Shown piece after piece: positions 1-7,041 of a stretch of DNA of 32,000 nucleotides. The DNA comes from Methanococcus maripaludis. GTDB taxonomy: Archaea > AGJL01 > Methanococci > Methanococcales > Methanococcaceae. Positions within the stretch are counted from its first letter, which is position 1. Each line of letters begins with the position of its first letter. The stretch lies in the NCBI RefSeq assembly GCF_002945325.1, contig NZ_CP026606.1:570001-602000 (forward strand), written 5' to 3'. Position numbers and translations under genes: made by a program. The notes below the pieces were generated by a model. It saw only the letters and a program-made list of their open reading frames with translations, was not told the origin of the DNA and did not search any database.

Positions 1-672
1 AGTTATGTTTGCACCATCAATTGGTGTTGAAATTGTAACTGCCGGTGCTGTTGTATCAACAGTCATCATAAATCCGGATAAATTTGTAGCCCATCCGTGA
101 GCGTCTGTTGCTTCAATAGTTACTGAATGATCTCCTTCAACCAATTCATTCAATGTTACATTAGTTGGAGTGTTATTAATTACAGAACCATTGACATCTG
201 CAGATCCGTCAACGTAAATGGTGTAGTTTATATTTGAGGATACGTTGTCAATTAAATTAAGTTCAATTGTTGGAGTGGTATCATTTGTAAAATCTGGAAC
301 AAATGCATCCACAAATGGTGCAATTGTGTCAACTGTAAAAGTTACAGTTTGATTAGTTAACCCCTCTGAGTCATTTACAAATAAAGTAATGTTGTGAACT
401 CCATCACCAAGACCCACAGACACGGTTTGTGGCTCAGTTGAAGATTCTGTATCGCAAGTAAGCCCGGGTATTTCACCGGTTACATCTACAAAAAATGTAT
501 AATTCCACGATCCTGCTACATCAATTGTTGAATTGAATGTAAACGTAATAGGATCCGTAGTAACTAGTTCTCCTTCGCCTGGCGAAATAATATTTGCTGC
601 CGCATAACTTGTCGAAAGAGAACAGCAAAGTATCGCCAGAACTAGAACCATGAAAACCTTGTTCATTTTCAT
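1..672 (-). CDS. Secreted/cell-surface protein with Ig-like repeats (C-terminus outside window)
   Basis: Not in the ORF track. Reverse-complement reading from ATG at 672 is open to the window edge: MKMNKVFMVLVLAILCCSLSTSYAANIISPGEGELVTTDPITFTFN... It has a signal peptide and repeated motifs of the type VDTIAPFVDAFVPDFTNDTTPTIELNLIDN and VDTTAPAVTISTPIDGANIT, typical of archaeal Ig-like surface proteins. Confidence 0.85.
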   Translation of the reverse strand, partial: MKMNKVFMVLVLAILCCSLSTSYAAANIISPGEGELVTTDPITFTFNSTIDVAGSWNYTFFVDVTGEIPGLTCDTESSTEPQTVSVGLGDGVHNITLFVNDSEGLTNQTVTFTVDTIAPFVDAFVPDFTNDTTPTIELNLIDNVSSNINYTIYVDGSADVNGSVINNTPTNVTLNELVEGDHSVTIEATDAHGWATNLSGFMMTVDTTAPAVTISTPIDGANIT

Positions 673-801
673 AATTTTTCCCCGATTTTTTTAGTTAATA
701 ACTTTGTTAGAAATAAAAATACTACTAAGAATATTAGATTTAGTAATATCACCTGAAGGGTTTACTGTTATGTATGTACATTTAAAATATAGGATAATTT
801 A

Positions 802-811
802 TTTTTATAAA
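802..811 (-). promoter_or_regulatory. Probable TATA box (TTTTATAAAA) for the surface protein gene starting at 672
   Basis: AT-rich TATA-type motif. It implies a leader of about 100 nt. Confidence 0.4.
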
Positions 812-816
812 TTACG

Positions 817-834
817 ATTATGATGCATCATAAT
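817..834. promoter_or_regulatory. Perfect 18-bp palindrome ATTATGATGCATCATAAT upstream of the TATA box of the surface protein gene
   Basis: Read directly. It is self reverse-complementary and sits 5 nt from TTTTATAAAA at 802-811. Confidence 0.5.
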
Positions 835-923
835 ATTATAATGGGCCATGGAAAATTAATTTAAAAAAAGAAAATTTTTAAAAAAGTTTTATTTTGATAA
901 AATCAGCATTAAAAAAGAAAATA

Positions 924-1493
924 TTATTTTATGTAGTTTACAACGTCTTTTTTTCGTTCAGGCGCCGGTTTTGCTTTTTCTATCAATTTGTAACCGAATG
1001 CAACCCCGTAGAATGGTTCAAAGTTTTCTGGAATATTTAATTTCTTAACATTTTCAGTTGTAAAATAAGGCCTTACAAGTCCAAGCCAGACTGAACCGAT
1101 ATTCATGCTTTCTGCTGCCAAGAGCATGTTCTGAATTGCCGCAGAACAGTCAACAATCGCTGCATGTGCGTTTTTATTTCCAGAAACTACAATTAAAGTT
1201 GGAGCTTCGTAAAGTATATTATATTTCGGATTACTCATTGCATTTATCAGACTTTCAGGCAGATTTTTCATTGAATCCGGATTTTCTGCAAGCGTTTTTT
1301 TAGATACGATATTTATTTCGTCGAGCAATTCCTTGTTCTGAATTACTGTAAAGTGCCAGGGCTGTTCATTTAGTGCAGTTGGCGCATAAATTGCAGCTTC
1401 GAGTATTGCTTCAATTTCACTGTCCTTTAGTTGCTCTTTTTTGAACTTTCTGACACTTCTCCTGTTTTTTATTGTTTCCATAACTTGATTCAT
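924..1493 (-). CDS. Nitroreductase family protein
   Basis: ORF track 924..1517. Contains METIKNRRSVRKFKKEQL...AAIYAPTALNEQPWHFTVI...GSVWLGL, the nitroreductase FMN-binding pattern. Start at 1493 is favoured by GGTGA upstream; 1481 or 1517 are possible. Confidence 0.88.
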   Translation of the reverse strand: MNQVMETIKNRRSVRKFKKEQLKDSEIEAILEAAIYAPTALNEQPWHFTVIQNKELLDEINIVSKKTLAENPDSMKNLPESLINAMSNPKYNILYEAPTLIVVSGNKNAHAAIVDCSAAIQNMLLAAESMNIGSVWLGLVRPYFTTENVKKLNIPENFEPFYGVAFGYKLIEKAKPAPERKKDVVNYIK

Positions 1494-1506
1494 GCTTTCA
1501 CCAAAT

Positions 1507-2202
1507 TTAAAATCCAAGACTCTTTCCTACAACAAGCACAGTCATATCTGTAAGCATTGGTCTTCTTTTAATTACTGAATAAATCCTGCAAGCTCTTGTT
1601 TCTGCATCGCAGTTTACACAATAGCCTGTTTTTATGCACGGGTTTAAAAATCCCAATCTTTTCATGTTTTTTGGAGCTGCTTCCATTCTGATTCTTTCAA
1701 ATGCAGTTTCAACATCTTTACATAATTTATTTAATCCAACAACAATTATTACTTTTTTCGGACCAAACACAATCGCAGAAACCCGATTTCCAACCCCATC
1801 GATATTTACAAGTTCCCCTGAAGCAGTAATTGCATTTGTACTTGAAATAAATATATCAGACGTTAATTGCTGTCTCATGATATCCATTTTTTCTTCCTGC
1901 GTAAGGCTCGCATCATTGTGGTCCAAAATTACCGCACCTTTTTCCCTTGCTTGCTCTGCAATATTTAATGATTGTACTGTAACTGAACCTCCAAAACCAA
2001 TTTTAGTTCCCGTTCCAACGTAATTCATAATATATTTAGAAACTTCGCTTTCATCTTCAAAATAATACGCATCAAAAAGGTTTTTCTTTAAATTTTCTAC
2101 GAGTTTTTTGCCGGTAAGGTCGTTGTGCCACTTGTGAACTTCTTGCATTTTTTCCACCTGCCCTTCAAGCGTTTCTTGATTAAATCTTTTAAAAAAAGTC
2201 AT
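1507..2202 (-). CDS. LUD-domain (DUF162/LutC-like) protein, lactate utilisation family
   Basis: Contains GTKIGFGGSVTVQSLNI, SSTNAITASGELVNIDGVGNRVSA and C-terminal CVNCDAETRACRIYSVI, typical of the LUD family. Confidence 0.82.
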   Translation of the reverse strand: MTFFKRFNQETLEGQVEKMQEVHKWHNDLTGKKLVENLKKNLFDAYYFEDESEVSKYIMNYVGTGTKIGFGGSVTVQSLNIAEQAREKGAVILDHNDASLTQEEKMDIMRQQLTSDIFISSTNAITASGELVNIDGVGNRVSAIVFGPKKVIIVVGLNKLCKDVETAFERIRMEAAPKNMKRLGFLNPCIKTGYCVNCDAETRACRIYSVIKRRPMLTDMTVLVVGKSLGF

Positions 2203-2243
2203 GTAAATAATCTATGTTTATAAAAATTAGAATTTAAAAGACA

Positions 2244-2324
2244 TTATTTGTTCGTGATAAATTTCAAAAGTCCGAGTAAAACAATTATCGTTAAAGCGAT
2301 AACAAATATTCCTTCGAGTCCCAT
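2244..2324 (-). CDS. Candidate 26-aa single-span membrane microprotein MGLEGIFVIALTIIVLLGLLKFITNK
   Basis: Below the ORF-track cutoff. Read from ATG at 2324, with GGTG about 7 nt upstream and a TTTAAATA-type box near 2365. Strongly hydrophobic core with Lys-containing C-terminus. Confidence 0.4.
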   Translation of the reverse strand: MGLEGIFVIALTIIVLLGLLKFITNK

Positions 2325-2558
2325 TTTTAACACCGTATCTGGTTTGTTAAATGTTATGGGTCGATTTACTATTTAAAATTTAAAAAAGAAAAACCGAGTT
2401 ATTTTAAAATTTTAAATACATCTTTAGCTTTTTTTACGCCTTAGTCTTTTAAAACGATTGGAAAAAGTGAATTATATTTTATTTCTTTTAAAGGCATTAA
2501 GAAATAATGTTAAAATTAAATAACTGTTAATTTAAATTTAGGGTGAATGGTGATAAAA

Positions 2559-2774
2559 ATGAAATTATTTTGTTTTGAATCTACAAGAGTTAAACAGTAT
2601 CTTAATTTAGAAAAAATTCAGGCAATTAAATTACATCCTGAAAATGATAATTTTACATTAAGAGTTTATTCAGACTCCGAAGTAATTACCTATACTTTAA
2701 CATATGAGGAATATATAAAATTTGTAACTGATTTAGAAAAGATTGATGGCCTCAAAGGTTCTAAAAGTTCTTAA
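2559..2774 (+). CDS. Small uncharacterised protein (71 aa)
   Basis: ORF track 2547..2774. GGTGAT 4 nt before the ATG at 2559 suggests this start. Sequence MKLFCFESTRVKQYLNLEKIQAIKLHPENDNFTLRVYSDSEVITYTLTYEEYIKFVTDLEKIDG. Confidence 0.6.
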   Translation: MKLFCFESTRVKQYLNLEKIQAIKLHPENDNFTLRVYSDSEVITYTLTYEEYIKFVTDLEKIDGLKGSKSS

Positions 2775-2835
2775 AATAGTTTTTTTAAATAATCATAAAA
2801 GACTAAATATTCTTTTTTCACTTTTCGATCAAATT

Positions 2836-2867
2836 TAAGATGAAAATGGTTATTAAAATTTAAAAAA
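2836..2867 (+). repeat. Copy A of direct repeat flanking the 434-aa membrane gene: TAAGATGAAAATGGTTATTAAAATTTAAAAAA
   Basis: Matches 4260..4290 with one single-base indel. Confidence 0.75.
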
Positions 2868-2906
2868 AGGAAGTTTTAATATTTAAGTTGGGGGTAATTA
2901 TTTTAA

Positions 2907-4211
2907 TTGAATTTTTATCGAGGGGAATTTTTGGGAAAATTTAAAGATTATTTAAAGAAAAATGATGAAAAAATATTTTCAATTTTAGAAAAAATACTTT
3001 CTTTTAGGTTTACGCTTAAATTTTTATTATTGCCGTTCATACTTACTGTAATCTTAAATTATTTTGAGATTATTCCTAAAGATATTGTTTTTTATATTTA
3101 TTGGGGGCTATTGGCAGTTTTAGGATTTTACTTTTCCATATTTTTAATATACTTTACATTAATTGCAATAATGCCAAAACACTTGTTTAACCAAGATGTT
3201 AGTGAAGGCGACGTTGTATTGCTCATAATATCGATTATCGTATTAATTTCAGTTATGAAAGTTTTTGCACCAAATACTATAACAACCCAATTTATTGATT
3301 ATTTTATTGATGGAGCTTCAGGGATTGGAACTTTTTTAGTAGCAATTATTGCGGTTTTAGGCCTAAAACAAGGTAAAAATCAATTGATTGAATTGGAAAA
3401 ACAAAGAAAGGCACAGTATAAACCCGAATTACTTGCTAAAGATAGATTAAACATTTATTTTCATAATTTTGAGAAAGTTATAGAAAAATATCCTGCATTT
3501 AATAACAGTTTTGTTAAAGATCACTTAGGGGTTTGGTCTACATCTTACAAAGAACCTGAATACTATGAAAAAATGATTTCGGAATTTTTATCAAAAGTTA
3601 AAAAAAATAACAATGTTGCTGACCCATTTGAATTAGAAAAAGTTGAAATTAATATTGAAGATGAAGTATATGTTGAAGTTTATAATATTGGAAAAGGATT
3701 TGCAAAGAATATTGAGTATACTTGGGAAATTGAACATTCAAAACTATTTGAAAATTTTTACAAAAAGTATGAAAATGATCCTTTAATTTATAAAATCGAA
3801 AATGAATTTGATCATTCTTATTATTTCGGAGGAACCCCCGATATTTCACTTGCAAGTAATAATAAAATCCGAATAGACACCTACAATTTAGTAACCCCTT
3901 ATGAATCTTCAAAAGAAGTTTTAAAAATTCCGTTACCTTGGAATTTACTTAAAATTATGGGGTTATGTTCAAAAAAAGGCGGATTTTCAGATTTAACAAC
4001 TTTTCCATTGAAATTACATCTTAATTATCAAGATATTGATGGAAACCCTTATCCCAAAACATATGAAATGAGGGCTTACCGCATTGAACCGGGTAGATAT
4101 TCCCATTACCCCAAATTATTATTTACTGATAATAATGATTTTATGGCTTATGAATTTAGAATTTATGAAATAAAAGAAGAAACCAAAGAAACTACTGAAA
4201 CCGCAAAATAA
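2907..4211 (+). CDS. Uncharacterised integral membrane protein with large soluble C-terminal region
   Basis: 434-aa ORF, TTG start as tracked. Hydrophobic segments at the N-terminus (FTLKFLLLPFILTVILNYF, VFYIYWGLLAVLGFYFSIFLIYFTLIAIM, VVLLIISIIVLISVM, GIGTFLVAIIAVLGL), then ELEKQRKAQYKPELL and a soluble domain. No family recognised. Confidence 0.8.
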   Translation: MNFYRGEFLGKFKDYLKKNDEKIFSILEKILSFRFTLKFLLLPFILTVILNYFEIIPKDIVFYIYWGLLAVLGFYFSIFLIYFTLIAIMPKHLFNQDVSEGDVVLLIISIIVLISVMKVFAPNTITTQFIDYFIDGASGIGTFLVAIIAVLGLKQGKNQLIELEKQRKAQYKPELLAKDRLNIYFHNFEKVIEKYPAFNNSFVKDHLGVWSTSYKEPEYYEKMISEFLSKVKKNNNVADPFELEKVEINIEDEVYVEVYNIGKGFAKNIEYTWEIEHSKLFENFYKKYENDPLIYKIENEFDHSYYFGGTPDISLASNNKIRIDTYNLVTPYESSKEVLKIPLPWNLLKIMGLCSKKGGFSDLTTFPLKLHLNYQDIDGNPYPKTYEMRAYRIEPGRYSHYPKLLFTDNNDFMAYEFRIYEIKEETKETTETAK

Positions 4212-4259
4212 ACCTTTCTTTCTTTTTTTCAACTAAATTTAAAAAGATTAATTTAAAAT

Positions 4260-4290
4260 TAAGATGAAATGGTTATTAAAATTTAAAAAA
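4260..4290 (+). repeat. Copy B of direct repeat: TAAGATGAAATGGTTATTAAAATTTAAAAAA
   Basis: Near-identical to 2836..2867. Confidence 0.75.
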
Positions 4291-4351
4291 GAAAAGACCG
4301 CTTGAAAAAGTTTGTTTTAAATGTTTGAGAATAAAAAAATTTTAAAACAGT

Positions 4352-4804
4352 TTAGAGATATACGTAAAATTCCCTTTCGAGAATTACTATTTTTTCGCCT
4401 TCTCCTTCAGGCTTTTCCATTAATACTTCAAACCTTTCTCTTCCAGATACGTCCTGAACTGCAAATCCAAGTACGTACTGCAATTCATCGTCTTCGGTGA
4501 ATATTTTAACGTCCGTTTTGAACCGTCTTGCAAGCCTTGAAATTTCCCTTAAAGCAAGTTTTAGTTCAGTAAATAAAAAGATGTAGTCTTTTACGTAGTC
4601 AATCTGCTCTTGTGTACCTTTAATTATTGGATATTCTTTGTCCATCATTTCGTCTTTTTTTATTTCGTATCCAATATCGCAGACGCATGTAAGCCTTCCA
4701 ATAACTGATTGTGGAAGTCCGGGAGGTAGTGGAACCTCGATTATCTGTTCTGACTCTTCGTTTTCGATTTCAGTTTCGTTTTCAATAGTTCTGTCAATTT
4801 CCAT
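4352..4804 (-). CDS. Uncharacterised conserved-looking protein (150 aa) directly downstream of methanogenesis marker 7
   Basis: Same strand and close spacing (31 nt) to the mmp7 ORF. Contains LPPGLPQSVIGRLTCVCDIGYEIKK and YEIKK/LALREISRLARRFKTDVKIF. I do not recognise the family with confidence. Confidence 0.75.
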   Translation of the reverse strand: MEIDRTIENETEIENEESEQIIEVPLPPGLPQSVIGRLTCVCDIGYEIKKDEMMDKEYPIIKGTQEQIDYVKDYIFLFTELKLALREISRLARRFKTDVKIFTEDDELQYVLGFAVQDVSGRERFEVLMEKPEGEGEKIVILEREFYVYL

Positions 4805-4835
4805 ATTTTTTCCCTATTTTCTTGATGATTTTAAA

Positions 4836-5750
4836 TTAAGCTTTATTTTCATCCGTTTTAAGTTCTGATGTTGATTTTAACTTGATCAGAATGTAATTTT
4901 TCATCTCAGACCTTGTAACATATGCAATATCTTTTAAAAGATACTTACCGATTTTAACATTTTCGATTTCTTCGTGGTTTCTATCATAATCCATTTTAAT
5001 TCTCAAACCATCCAACTGCGTCACGATTGGCATCGGTGCAAGAATTCCACGAACTTCATCTATTCTTTTTTCGATTTCATCTTTTAAAACTACGGGTGGA
5101 ATAATTGGAGGGTCGTATGAAAGTTCCATTCTTTTATCGTTTATTTTTTTGGTAACTTCATCAATCATCTGTCGTAATGCCCTTATTTCTTCCCCTTTTC
5201 TAAGTCTCTGCGCTCGCCTTCCAAGGTTTCCAACATAAGTGTATGGTATATCGAGAGTTTCAGGGCCACCCGTTACAACAAGCGGAATATCGACTTTAAA
5301 AAGGTGGGTTTTATCTAAAATGCAGGATTCAAAGTTTCCCATAACATAAATTGCGATGTCGTGTTCTTGAATCAGTCTTTTTTCCTTTTCTCGAATCTCA
5401 CTGATGTTTTTTCCAGCGCCGTGTGCAAGTCCAATCATATTTGGTTTTGCACCGAATTTTCTTACATATTCTGAAACATCGCATGCAATGTGGGGCAGGT
5501 GGTGTCTTGAAAGGCTTGGGGATACAATTGCAATCTCAATTCCTGCAAGAGGGGTTTCTACTATTTTTCCTTTGTATTTTTTTGCTTCTTCCTTAAAGTT
5601 TTCAATTTCATTTTGGGGAATTGCAATTGTCATGTAGACATCGAGCTGCATTACGTGCTCTTGAATTATAAATCCACCAACGTCTTCAATCCATTCCTTC
5701 AAAATATTATTTTTGTAGACTCCCCCTTCATATCTAATAATCTGGTACAT
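4836..5750 (-). CDS. mmp7: Methanogenesis marker protein 7
   Basis: MYQIIRYEGGVYKNNILKEWIEDVGGFIIQEHVMQLDVYMTIAIP...HHLPHIACDVSEYVRKFGAKPNMIGLAHGAGKNISEIREKEKRLIQEHDIAIYVMGNFESCI resembles the methanogen-specific marker 7 family. ATG at 5750 with GGTGG upstream; the ORF track starts at a GTG at 5759. Confidence 0.8.
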   Translation of the reverse strand: MYQIIRYEGGVYKNNILKEWIEDVGGFIIQEHVMQLDVYMTIAIPQNEIENFKEEAKKYKGKIVETPLAGIEIAIVSPSLSRHHLPHIACDVSEYVRKFGAKPNMIGLAHGAGKNISEIREKEKRLIQEHDIAIYVMGNFESCILDKTHLFKVDIPLVVTGGPETLDIPYTYVGNLGRRAQRLRKGEEIRALRQMIDEVTKKINDKRMELSYDPPIIPPVVLKDEIEKRIDEVRGILAPMPIVTQLDGLRIKMDYDRNHEEIENVKIGKYLLKDIAYVTRSEMKNYILIKLKSTSELKTDENKA

Positions 5751-5767
5751 CTTTTCCACCTTAAAGG

Positions 5768-6733
5768 TTAGAAGTCAATCCTGACCGTAATAGTTCCAAA
5801 AGTCTTCATGCTCTTTTCAAACATGGTTACATCGGTAATTATCCTTTGAATTGCTGATTTTTCATCTACGAGGGTAATGTGATCAGTTATTATTACTTCT
5901 TCGAATTTAGGTTTTTCAATTAATTTCAATACTTCTTTTATAATATTTAATTCAAGAATGTTTATAAGTTTCGTGTCTATTGAAATGTGGTCAATTTTAC
6001 CATTCCTTTTCATTATCTTTGCAATTGGCTCCCATTCCCTGTCTGAAATTTCGATGAAGTCTTCTTTTTCACTGATAATGTAGCCTCTTGCACCCATTAA
6101 CACAATTATCTCTTCTGCAAGTTCTTCAACTTTTTTAGGATTGTCCCCGTAAAAGTAGATATTTGTAATGTGGCTGCATTTGTTTATTTTAGGCTCAGGG
6201 TTGTAAATTTCAGAGGTTCTTACAATATCTCCTTTGGTAACGATTCCTTTAAGTTTTCCATCATCGACAACCAATACTCTTCCAATATCGTACTCGACCA
6301 TTATTTTTTGAGCTTCCGAAGCTGAAGAATAGGGCGAAATTGAAACAATTTCATCTTTTTTTGTCATTATGTCTTTTATTTTTAATTTTTTTAACCTAGA
6401 CATTGATGATTTTTTTGTCCTTAAATCATCGAATGTAACAATTCCAACAAGTTCTTTGTTTGAATTAAATACGGGGTAGCCCATGTGCCGGTATTGTTTT
6501 ATAAGTTTCCCAAGTTCATCGATTGATTCTTCTTCATCAAGAACGACTAAATCTTTAGTCATTATGTCATTTATCACAATTTTATCAAGCACTTTTAAAT
6601 CGTAAAGTTTTACAAGGTCTCGTTCTGATTCTTTGATAAAGTTAGTTATGTAATTAAATACATAATTAATCGAATCGTGTTCCATTCCAATATTATATAC
6701 CCTTTCTATCGTTGAAAGCTTCCTAAATAACAT
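5768..6733 (-). CDS. CBS-domain protein with additional N- and C-terminal regions
   Basis: Two CBS motifs: MTKDLVVLDEEESIDELGKLIKQYRHMGYPVFNSNKELVGIVTFDD and MTKKDEIVSISPYSSASEAQKIMVEYDIGRVLVVDDGKLKGIVTKGDIV. SD GGTGG before ATG 6733. Confidence 0.85.
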   Translation of the reverse strand: MLFRKLSTIERVYNIGMEHDSINYVFNYITNFIKESERDLVKLYDLKVLDKIVINDIMTKDLVVLDEEESIDELGKLIKQYRHMGYPVFNSNKELVGIVTFDDLRTKKSSMSRLKKLKIKDIMTKKDEIVSISPYSSASEAQKIMVEYDIGRVLVVDDGKLKGIVTKGDIVRTSEIYNPEPKINKCSHITNIYFYGDNPKKVEELAEEIIVLMGARGYIISEKEDFIEISDREWEPIAKIMKRNGKIDHISIDTKLINILELNIIKEVLKLIEKPKFEEVIITDHITLVDEKSAIQRIITDVTMFEKSMKTFGTITVRIDF

Positions 6734-6927
6734 TAAACCACCGTGCCAATAACAGGATAATGATTAATCAAAATTACTAACTCATATATTATAAAACATA
6801 TAAAAAACAAGCACTATTGAAAATTTGCATTGTTAATTATCTTTTTTTAAAGGATTATAAACCCTAATTTTTTTAATTTATTTTAAAAATAAAAAGTAAA
6901 AAAAAGTAATAAATTTTGGTTCCTGTA

Positions 6928-7029
6928 TTATTCCTTATTATTTTTTAGCGTTTTATGGAGGAAATATGCTGAACCTCCCCATAAAACGATTGCTCCAAAT
7001 AAGAACATTATTATGGCACCGGTACTCAT
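6928..7029 (-). CDS. metS-like: Candidate MetS-like small subunit of the NSS-family transporter (33 aa)
   Basis: Missed by the ORF track. Reverse strand from ATG 7029: MSTGAIIMFLFGAIVLWGGSAYFLHKTLKNNKE*. Starts 12 nt after the transporter stop, SD GAGGT, single TM segment. Confidence 0.8.
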   Translation of the reverse strand: MSTGAIIMFLFGAIVLWGGSAYFLHKTLKNNKE

Positions 7030-7041
7030 CTTATTACCTCC

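Noticed and set aside
1634-2023. Plus-strand ORF antisense to the LUD gene (129 aa)
   Set aside because: Lies entirely within a well-supported conserved gene on the opposite strand. The translation is low-plausibility shadow sequence with no recognisable domain.
2373-2392. Third partial copy of the repeat (TTAAAATTTAAAAAAGAAAA)
   Set aside because: Matches only the AT-rich tail of the flanking repeats. Similar AAAAAAGAAAA tracts occur in many intergenic regions here, so it is likely compositional.
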